From assembly GCA_963827165.1 (NCBI GenBank), contig CAWGZR010000005.1, positions 704,001 through 768,000 on the forward strand: a DNA stretch of 64,000 nt. The letters are read 5' to 3'. The notes beneath the pieces are model-generated. The model saw only the letters and a list, made by a program, of their open reading frames with translations. It ran no database searches and had not been told where the DNA came from. A program made the position numbers and the translations under genes. Below are positions 1 to 7,638 of the stretch, piece after piece (the first letter of the stretch is position 1; each line of letters begins with the position of its first letter). This DNA comes from Candidatus Bathyarchaeota archaeon. Its GTDB lineage: Archaea > Thermoproteota > Bathyarchaeia > Bathyarchaeales > Bathycorpusculaceae.

Positions 1-158
1 CATCAAATCCCCAACAGTCAAAGTAATTTCGGTGATGCGATATAAAACTTACTGCTAGAAGGCAATGTTTGTTTGGAATAAGAAAAATTGCAGAAAACAG
101 TTTAATTGATGTATTGCTGTCGTTTTGTTCTCCTCAATCGAGCGCGTCTTGTTGTTTA

Positions 159-620
159 TTATTGCTTTTCATGTTTGGTGAAACGCGTGCGCCTTATTTG
201 GAGAAATCCTTCAATTGTGAAAACGGTCAAGGCCAGAACGGTTATGAATATAAGCAGTAGAAAGAAAACTTTGAATTCGTAGGTTTCAACCGGGTAATGT
301 ATGGCTAAAATTACTGCTTCTGTCACGAGGATTGCTAAGAAAAGGATTGAGTAACGCCACATATTAGGAACCAGACGTTTGCCGATCCATACGTATCCTG
401 AAACGTGTGCTTTGTTTTTCGTAATGTACTCCCCGTACTGGTTTTTTTTAAGGTAGCCTAGGCCCTCGAGTTTCTGCAAGTGCCTATATGCAACACTTGG
501 GCTACTGAGATTGGCAGCTTTCATTATTTCTCGGGGTCCAACAGGTTTGCCTAACTTTAAAATGTGTAAGTACACCTCTAAAGTTATTCCCTCTAACTCT
601 CCTTGGTCCGTCTTAGCCAT
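159..620 (-). CDS. Winged-helix DNA-binding protein with two C-terminal transmembrane helices (membrane-anchored regulator)
   Basis: N-terminal wHTH-like 'VGPREIMKAANLSSPSVAYRHLQKLEGLGYL' followed by two hydrophobic segments; divergent from 873. Confidence 0.7.
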   Translation of the reverse strand: MAKTDQGELEGITLEVYLHILKLGKPVGPREIMKAANLSSPSVAYRHLQKLEGLGYLKKNQYGEYITKNKAHVSGYVWIGKRLVPNMWRYSILFLAILVTEAVILAIHYPVETYEFKVFFLLLIFITVLALTVFTIEGFLQIRRTRFTKHEKQ

Positions 621-669
621 GGTTAAGCCTCAAGGTAAAACGAAAGTAAAAGTTTATCTGTGATTCGCT

Positions 670-816
670 TTTCCCAACTTCTCATTTTCAGAGCGTTTTT
701 GTTAAGACATTTTAAATGGGTGCAAGGAGCCTCAGATCTCTTAACAAACCTTTGTTTTACTTTTCGGCGCCGTTTTTTTCGTTAAGAATAACTTGCTTTC
801 ACCATAGGTTGGGAAA
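670..816. promoter_or_regulatory. Divergent promoter region with nested inverted repeats (putative operator)
   Basis: TTTCCCAAC(670-678)/GTTGGGAAA(808-816); TTTGTTAAGA(698-707)/TCTTAACAAA(739-748); extra GTTAAGA at 781. Confidence 0.35.
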
Positions 817-872
817 GTCTTATTAAACTAACCAGCGCTAAATTGAACTAAGAAATTAAAAAGGAGAAGAAA

Positions 873-2273
873 GTGATAATGTCTAAACCTAAAGAATATT
901 CATGGATGACTAAAGATAAACTGATGACTTACACCTTTTTCGCTCTGCTCATACTCACCGTTATAACAGCTATTATATGGTCACAGGAAAAGACTCCCTC
1001 GGGCTGGAACCTCGGTCTAACATTAGCTATTAACGCAATAATCTCCGTTGGAATCGCCGTTGGACTTGACGCTTTTCTATTCAAAATCACTGCTGATAGC
1101 CCGCTTAACTTGATGTCTGCTGCCGTTTTTGGCTTAATTGTGACTGATTGCTACGTATTGGGCGCACCGAGTATGACTACAATCGGTTTTGATTTGTTCC
1201 CCGTAGAGGCACCTCAATGTTTCGTCTTTGTCGCGTTAATGTCTCTAATCGGCTTGGTTGTTTTCAAGAAACTTGTCGGCGTCACTGGAAGAAAATACGT
1301 TAACCCCGCTGCAGCTGCAAAACTTGTCGTCATGATTCCATTCATCGACACATTGCTTCTAGCAATTGACCACATGAAAAGCGGTTTACTCAAGGTGCCT
1401 TCGCTGGCTGGCCCAGTTGGGTTGACTAACGTAGTAAACGGCAACGGAGGCGGTACAGGATACCCTGGATTCGGCGCATATATGTGGAGTTGCTTCTCTA
1501 ATGCGAGCATAAAGAATCTCTCATCAGCAAATATAAGCAAATTGTTTCTGCAAATGCTTCTTGACAAGTTTCACGGGTGGCCTGGTGGAGCCTCAACAAT
1601 TGCAGTAATCGTCGTTGGCATAGGCTTCTTCGTCGTCGCGCGCAAATACGTTAAATGGAGAATCACAATAAGCTATATTGTTACTGTCGCTTTGCTTTCG
1701 GTGGTTTTCTCTGCTGCATACGGTGACTCAGGTAGTTCAGGTTACCTTGTGCGACTGCTGTTCATGCTATTCATCGGCAGCTCAATATTCTTGGCGTTCT
1801 TCATGGCAACAGATCCTGCAACTACGCCGCTAACCTATTTGGGACAAATAATCTTCGGAGTCGGCACAGCCGTATTGACAGTGCTTATGATAACATACCT
1901 GCAGTTTTTCGGAGCCTCTTTCGTTGCATTAGTTATTATGAACTTGACTGTGCCCGCGCTTGACAAGATCGGCAGAATGAAGCCATCAACCGAAAGTAAA
2001 GAACCAAAGCTACCTAAAGCACAAGCCTTCGCCCCTGAAAAAATCAAAGAAACCCAATGCATACGATGTGGTGCTTGCATGACTGCTTGCTGCCATGGAC
2101 TTAGCCCAATACTGATTAAGCAGGCATTTGATAAGATGAACTTTGACCAAATGAGTAAGCTACATGCGGATTATTGCACTGGATGCGGACACTGCAGTTA
2201 CGTTTGCCCTGCAAGAATCGACCTTAGAAGAGCCATATTGCAATCCAAAGGAATGCTGAGACAACAAGAATAA
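873..2273 (+). CDS. RnfD/NqrB-family membrane protein fused to a C-terminal RnfC-like 2x[4Fe-4S] ferredoxin domain
   Basis: Multiple TM helices; RnfD motifs 'GRKYVNPAAAA' and 'FFMATDPATTP'; C-terminal CIRCGACMTAC and CTGCGHCSYVCP. Confidence 0.8.
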   Translation: MIMSKPKEYSWMTKDKLMTYTFFALLILTVITAIIWSQEKTPSGWNLGLTLAINAIISVGIAVGLDAFLFKITADSPLNLMSAAVFGLIVTDCYVLGAPSMTTIGFDLFPVEAPQCFVFVALMSLIGLVVFKKLVGVTGRKYVNPAAAAKLVVMIPFIDTLLLAIDHMKSGLLKVPSLAGPVGLTNVVNGNGGGTGYPGFGAYMWSCFSNASIKNLSSANISKLFLQMLLDKFHGWPGGASTIAVIVVGIGFFVVARKYVKWRITISYIVTVALLSVVFSAAYGDSGSSGYLVRLLFMLFIGSSIFLAFFMATDPATTPLTYLGQIIFGVGTAVLTVLMITYLQFFGASFVALVIMNLTVPALDKIGRMKPSTESKEPKLPKAQAFAPEKIKETQCIRCGACMTACCHGLSPILIKQAFDKMNFDQMSKLHADYCTGCGHCSYVCPARIDLRRAILQSKGMLRQQE

Positions 2274-2306
2274 ACCCCTATTTCCTTAATCTTTTCTTTT
2301 ATTTTC
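2274..2306 (+). terminator. Pyrimidine/oligo-T archaeal terminator-like tract
   Basis: CCCCTATTTCCTTAATCTTTTCTTTTATTTT directly after the stop codon. Confidence 0.45.
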
Positions 2307-2451
2307 TCCCAAGCAAACATATGTTGCCACGTTTGATGGTGCAGTCTTAGCGCCTGTTTCCCAAGTTCTAGCCGTTGCTTTTTGACATGTCAACCTTCCA
2401 AGCATTAAGCTTATAAACATGCCACAACGTAAATAAGTCAAGGGATAAAAA

Positions 2452-3120
2452 TTGGAAACACCAAAATTCAAACTAGCTGACATATTCCAAGGCATCCTTA
2501 TACCAATAATCCTCGTGGCTTTGATCTATTTTCTCGCAATATACATTAACCCCAACGGATCTTCACACATAATCGGAAACTCCAGCACAATAGGTATTAT
2601 TCTCACTCAGGGCTTTGCGCAAATGATCATTCTCGGTATCCCAATGATATTGGGTTTACTGTGGAACAAATGGGCGGGCGGCGCGGCTGGCTTCATTACA
2701 GGCGGCATGTATTACTTAGCTGAAGCAGGCTATTCCAACGGATCTTATGCGGTCTATAACTCCTTTACTTACAACTTCTACGGCGACTTGAGTATGCTCT
2801 CTTATCTTGTTATGGCTGTAATCATCGGTTACATGGCGGGCGCTTTGGCTAACGGTTCCATGAACTTCAAGCGGTTACTCGGGGCAGGGTTGACAGCAGC
2901 CATCATTACCGCTGTAATCCAAGCGTACTTCAACTACACTATTTCACTCACACCAGCGCGGACTATGAATCATCAAATGTGGGCAAATACATCCTATGGA
3001 TTTGCTGGCTTGTACGGCTTTGTGTTGCAATTCATTCCGAACATTGCTTTAGGAGTAATCATCCCGATCCTTGCTAAAGTAATGTCGTGGTATGGGCTTC
3101 AACCAGTAAGGCATCAATAA
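2452..3120 (+). CDS. Integral membrane protein (about 6 TM), possible ECF S-component-like
   Basis: 222 aa, almost entirely hydrophobic helices; 'LWNKWAGGAAGFITG' resembles the S-component 'GPxxGxxxG' helix pattern. Confidence 0.6.
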   Translation: METPKFKLADIFQGILIPIILVALIYFLAIYINPNGSSHIIGNSSTIGIILTQGFAQMIILGIPMILGLLWNKWAGGAAGFITGGMYYLAEAGYSNGSYAVYNSFTYNFYGDLSMLSYLVMAVIIGYMAGALANGSMNFKRLLGAGLTAAIITAVIQAYFNYTISLTPARTMNHQMWANTSYGFAGLYGFVLQFIPNIALGVIIPILAKVMSWYGLQPVRHQ

Positions 3121-3152
3121 AAAAATCCCTATTTCCCTTTCTTTTTTAATTT
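3121..3152 (+). terminator. Pyrimidine/oligo-T terminator-like tract
   Basis: CCCTATTTCCCTTTCTTTTTT after the stop; same CCCTATTTCC core as at 2276. Confidence 0.45.
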
Positions 3153-3380
3153 CCGAAATTTTTGGAAACCCAACTGTTCTGACATCATTTTTTCGGTTGC
3201 TTTTGTTCACAAATAGTGGTGTGTCTACTCCCTCCATTTTGGCGATTGTTGGTATCGCGTTTTTGTACTCGGAATTTTCTCACAAGCATAAGTGGCAATC
3301 GGGAGGGGAATTTCCGGAAATTTTTTTGCTTTGTGTTTTAGATTGCTTTTTTGCATCAGGGTTTGAATCGTCTTCAGGTT

Positions 3381-3490
3381 GCGTCATAAAACGTCACGAA
3401 ACGTCAAATAACGTCATAAAAAGTCATGAAACGTCGCCAAACGTCATAAACCGTCACAAAACGTCACCAAAAGTCAACAAGCGACACCAC
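3381..3490. repeat. Degenerate tandem repeat, 11 units with exact 10-bp period (consensus aCGTCAnnAA), 30-bp higher-order period
   Basis: gcgtcataaa acgtcacgaa acgtcaaata acgtcataaa aagtcatgaa acgtcgccaa acgtcataaa ccgtcacaaa acgtcaccaa aagtcaacaa gcgacaccac. Confidence 0.9.
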
Positions 3491-3820
3491 CGTCACTTAA
3501 CATAAAAGACAAAGATCGTGGACAAAAGAAGCCCCAAAAGCATGGTCAGATGATGGTGTGGGGCTTTTCAGCCCATGTATTTCTTTGTTTCTTAGATTGG
3601 TTTTTTGAAAAGGGGTTTGGATTAGCTGCAGGTTGAGTCTTAAAATCTCTATTTTTCTCTAAAATTATCTTAGAAAGGCAATTGCAGTCAACAATGGCAA
3701 AAGACTCCTATAAGCCGTAGTTCGCGGGTTGCCTGTTTGCCATTTTTGGTTTGGAGCTTGAAAAACAATTTGATTGAAAGGAAATGAATGGCGGAAAAAC
3801 GGGTTTAGAAAAAATCAGGT

Positions 3821-5116
3821 TTAGTTTGGCGCGAATTCCCAGGCAATGTTGCCTTTCCAGATTTCGCCCAGCTTCGTTATCCTGACTTCTTTGTCGTCGA
3901 TTTCGATTAGTCCTTTGTCTTTCAGCTTTTGGAGTTGCTTAGGGAAAACTTTCTCAGGGGTTGTGCCAAATTTTTCCATAAACTCTTTTTTGCTAACTGG
4001 CAGCCGGAGGTATAACCGCGTCATCGTTCGCCTCATCATATCCTCAGTTGTGGATTCTGAAAGCCTGCTTATAGGCAGTTTTCCGGTTTTCACAGTTGAC
4101 ATATAATCATTTATGTTTTCTAAGTTAGAGTAAGAAAACTGTTGCAGATACCCCATAAAGCAGCCCGCCCCAGTCGTCAAAATGCCTCCCCAAGGCCAAC
4201 CGTTAAGACAGTTCTCGCGCATGTGCCACTCGACCCTGCTGAAGCGGTCGTGCCCAACTGCTTTGTAGCCTGCAGCTGTCAGCATGTTGTAGGCAGTTAG
4301 GTACATCTGTTTCTCGTATTCGGCATCTCCTGTGGGCGGTGAAACGCCTGTTTTAATCATTTTTTCAAGTGTGGTGCCGGGATCCACATGTAAAGAGTAA
4401 GCGTCAACTTCCACGTCAAGCTCAATTGTTTTCTTCAGGGTGTCTATCCAGCTTTCCATCGTTTGCCCAGGAAGGTTATACATAAGATCAACGCAGACGC
4501 ATAAATCTAGTTTCCTCGCGTGCCGAATTGCTTTTTCAACATCTGCCGCTGAATCAGGCAGGCAAAGCAGCTTGCGCAGCTTGTCATCAAAAGTTTGGGC
4601 TCCCATGTCCATCTGGTAGACTCCGTACTCGGCGAGTTTATTGATTTTTGGGAGTGCAAGGGTCTTTGAGGAACCTGTGACTTTGATGAAGTATTCTTCG
4701 TTGATGTTGAAGTTTTCTTTGCAGAAGTCGATGAGGTCAATCATCTGCTCAGCCGCTAAGACGCTTGGCGTTCCTCCGCCTAAGACGATTTCGTCGAAGC
4801 AGCTGGTCTGCACATATTTAGTTTTCGCGTACATTGCGAGCTCTTTTTTCAGCAAATCAAGGTATGGCTCAATCTTCACTTTGGAAGTGGCTGTGGTTGG
4901 GAAATAACAAAAAGCGCATCTAGAGTCGCACACGGATATCCACGGCTGGAGCTCCATAAGCCTGCCTGACTTGTTTTCAGTGTTAAGGAACTCCATGAAG
5001 GCATGGTAAGTTTCGGGTTTTATTTCTGGGTAATCCCTGTATGTGTAGGGCGGCCAGTTTTCTCGAGTATCGTACCCGCCGGATTTCCCTTCTTTGAGTG
5101 CAACAGCTTTAGTCAT
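3821..5116 (-). CDS. HemN/HemW-like (class C-type) radical SAM protein
   Basis: CDSRCAFC motif, 'LGGGTPS', 'GAQTFDD', 'DLMYNLPGQT', HemN_C-like tail 'RITKLGEIW'. Confidence 0.8.
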   Translation of the reverse strand: MTKAVALKEGKSGGYDTRENWPPYTYRDYPEIKPETYHAFMEFLNTENKSGRLMELQPWISVCDSRCAFCYFPTTATSKVKIEPYLDLLKKELAMYAKTKYVQTSCFDEIVLGGGTPSVLAAEQMIDLIDFCKENFNINEEYFIKVTGSSKTLALPKINKLAEYGVYQMDMGAQTFDDKLRKLLCLPDSAADVEKAIRHARKLDLCVCVDLMYNLPGQTMESWIDTLKKTIELDVEVDAYSLHVDPGTTLEKMIKTGVSPPTGDAEYEKQMYLTAYNMLTAAGYKAVGHDRFSRVEWHMRENCLNGWPWGGILTTGAGCFMGYLQQFSYSNLENINDYMSTVKTGKLPISRLSESTTEDMMRRTMTRLYLRLPVSKKEFMEKFGTTPEKVFPKQLQKLKDKGLIEIDDKEVRITKLGEIWKGNIAWEFAPN

Positions 5117-5252
5117 CCAAATTCCCCGCGAATTTACTTTTAGAACGGCTCAGAAACATAATAAACATATCGTTAAAACATATCGATTGAATGCGGAATC
5201 CAAAAAAAGCACCTTTTATCTTTAATAGAAAATTTTTTCTCTCGTGGGCTAA

Positions 5253-6653
5253 TTATTTTTTGCTCATGGTTCGCATGATGATGTAATTTGCGGCGGTTCG
5301 AGCCATAATTTTGCTGTACACGCTGCCCCGCAGATACCCTTTTACGGCTTGGCGAAGGAAGTACTTGATTGAGTAGAACTTATTGTAGAAATCCTGCCTT
5401 TCTTTAAGCACTATTTCAGCGGGCAGATTAGGATCTTCAAAGATCGCGTTCATCGTGTTGTAACGGTTCCAGTCATTGGTCATCTTCCACCCATAGCTCT
5501 GAACCAAAGCCCGAAGCTCAGTTCCTGGGTAAGGTGTGGGAATATTTAGCCAAACGCTATCGGGTTCCACTCTTCGGACAAAATCAAGGCTTTCCGTAAG
5601 AGTTTCCCGTGTTTCACCTGGATAGCCCAGAATTATAGAGACGGTGGTAAATATTCCCGCTTCTTTAGACCATTTGATGGCGTTTTCGCACTGTTCAGTG
5701 GTGACTTTCTTCTTCAGGGAGTCGCGGATTCTTTGGCATCCTGATTCTACGCCGAAGCAGATTTCGTCGCAGCCGGCCTTATGCATCTTAGCGAGCAGCT
5801 CTTTTGTCGTTACGTCTGCCCGGGTTCCACAGCCCCATTTCAAATTTACCTTGCGCTCAATCATTCCATCGCAGATATCGATCGCTCTTTTCTTATCGAA
5901 GGAAAAAGTGTCATCTTGAAACTGAATTCCCTCTGCTCCATACTCGTTTTTGAGCCATCCAATTTCGTCAAGAACGTTGCCAGCGCTTCTTGCACGGAAT
6001 GTTCTGCCAAACATTTCGGACGCAACGCAAAAGCTGCATTGGAAGGGGCATCCCCTGCTTGAGATTATCGGCAATATCCTTTTTCCGTTGATTCGGTATT
6101 TTTCGATTGGAATCTGTTTGTAGTCTGGGCGTGGCAGCGCATCTAGGTTTTGGATGAACGGTCGGGTTGGCGCTTGCACGATTTGTTTGTCTTTTCGGTA
6201 AGTTATGCCTTTGATATTGTCTATGTTTTGTAGCTGGGGTTGCTTTGCGAGTTCCAGAAGGGTTTCTTCTCCTTCGCCTCTTACGATGACGTCAACTACG
6301 CTTTCTTGAGTAAGGATTTCTTTGTCTTGGAAGGTCGCGTGTGGTCCACCCATAACGATTTTAGCGTCAGGACAGGCTTCCTTTGCGGCGTAAGCGGTTT
6401 TGAGAGCTGACTCAAAAGTCTGCGTCATCGCGCCGACCCCGACTATGGTGGGTTGGTAAACGCTTAGTTCCTTTTTGAGGTTCTCATGGTCTATGCCGTA
6501 TATGGGGCAATCAAAGACTTTTACATCAAAATTGTTCTGCTCCAGCACAGCCGCCATATATGCCAAGCCAAGCGGTGCGAAAAGCGGGTGATCGCCTGCT
6601 CCTTCGAGGAGCGGTGTATTAACGAGCGCTATCTTGGGCTTGTTTGTTGTCAT
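5253..6653 (-). CDS. Cobalamin-binding (class B) radical SAM protein #1
   Basis: B12-binding N-domain 'PLGLAYMAAVL...GGPHAT...GEGE'; 'SRGCPFQCSFC', 'GVESG', 'TPYPGT'. Confidence 0.92.
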   Translation of the reverse strand: MTTNKPKIALVNTPLLEGAGDHPLFAPLGLAYMAAVLEQNNFDVKVFDCPIYGIDHENLKKELSVYQPTIVGVGAMTQTFESALKTAYAAKEACPDAKIVMGGPHATFQDKEILTQESVVDVIVRGEGEETLLELAKQPQLQNIDNIKGITYRKDKQIVQAPTRPFIQNLDALPRPDYKQIPIEKYRINGKRILPIISSRGCPFQCSFCVASEMFGRTFRARSAGNVLDEIGWLKNEYGAEGIQFQDDTFSFDKKRAIDICDGMIERKVNLKWGCGTRADVTTKELLAKMHKAGCDEICFGVESGCQRIRDSLKKKVTTEQCENAIKWSKEAGIFTTVSIILGYPGETRETLTESLDFVRRVEPDSVWLNIPTPYPGTELRALVQSYGWKMTNDWNRYNTMNAIFEDPNLPAEIVLKERQDFYNKFYSIKYFLRQAVKGYLRGSVYSKIMARTAANYIIMRTMSKK

Positions 6654-6844
6654 TATTATACACGTTTAGCAAGGGGTTATTTTAATGACTAATCATTGTC
6701 GCTTGGATATAGGTCTTAAGCATATAATTTTAAGATTTTAACCTTTTGCTAAAGTTGCGCCCAACCGCTAAACCTGGCAGTGAGCATATTTTTCACCGTT
6801 ACATTTTTATAATGTGAGGTTGACGCTTCTTTCGAGGACCCTTT

Positions 6845-7588
6845 TTGCGAGTTGCTTCAATGTGGACTGGCGGCAAAGATAGCTACTTAGCTTGCTCAGG
6901 CGCCGTCTCCGAAGGAAACAACGTTACCACACTCATAAACTTCGTATTCAAAGAACCTCCACATCCTAAACCCAATAGAATCAAAAGTTTGGCGGGTTCG
7001 GTTTTGATGAAGCTGTCTGGGATGAAGCCCTACAAGGATGTTCCGCATGAAGTTAACCCCGAAATCATCGCGTTGCAGGCGAAGGCGTTGGGTTTGCCGA
7101 TTGTGCAGCCAGAAGTTTCGATGATGGAGTTCGTTGACAAATTTAAGGCAACGATCAGTAGCCTGAAGCCGACTGTTGAGGGAATCGCTTGGGGTGCCGA
7201 GGAGGATCAAGCCGCCGTTCACATGTCGATGCTTACCCCTATCTGCGAAGAGCTAAAGGTAAAAATGATTTTTCCGCTCAAAGGCATCGGCGAAGACGCA
7301 AACATTGAGACTTTCACTCGGAAAGGTTATGAAGCAACCGTAATCGTTGTTGACACTGACTTTTTGAGTGAAGATTGGCTTGGACACGAAGTCGACGCCA
7401 ACTTCTTGGAGCAGATCCGCAACAAAAGCAAGGAAACAGGCACGGCGGTAAGCAACATCGAGTTCCACACGCTCGTCACCGATGCCCCTCTTTTCAGGAA
7501 ACGCCTCAGAATCGTTGAAAGCCGTAAGATCAAACGGAAAGGGTTCGCGGTGCTCGACATAACCAAAGCTGAACTTATCGAAAAATAA
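6845..7588 (+). CDS. DUF71/Dph6 (diphthine-ammonia ligase family) PP-loop ATP pyrophosphatase, divergent paralog A
   Basis: 'WTGGKDS' PP-loop and 'EFHTLVTDAPLF'; lacks the canonical DPCGEGG segment. Confidence 0.8.
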   Translation: MRVASMWTGGKDSYLACSGAVSEGNNVTTLINFVFKEPPHPKPNRIKSLAGSVLMKLSGMKPYKDVPHEVNPEIIALQAKALGLPIVQPEVSMMEFVDKFKATISSLKPTVEGIAWGAEEDQAAVHMSMLTPICEELKVKMIFPLKGIGEDANIETFTRKGYEATVIVVDTDFLSEDWLGHEVDANFLEQIRNKSKETGTAVSNIEFHTLVTDAPLFRKRLRIVESRKIKRKGFAVLDITKAELIEK

Positions 7589-7638
7589 GTCACTTCAGAA
7601 TAAGATTGCCCGAAAACCTGAGCGGGTTTTGGAGCGGC

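Noticed and set aside
873-2273. Complete Rnf complex operon
   Set aside because: Only one fused gene is present, followed by a terminator-like tract
3381-3490. CRISPR array
   Set aside because: Units are 10 bp and contiguous, with no unique spacers and no cas genes in the window
3197-3505. 102-aa ORF with a 10-aa repeat
   Set aside because: TTG start without an RBS and a low-quality N-terminus; the peptide repeat is explained by the DNA repeat, so it is not called as a CDS
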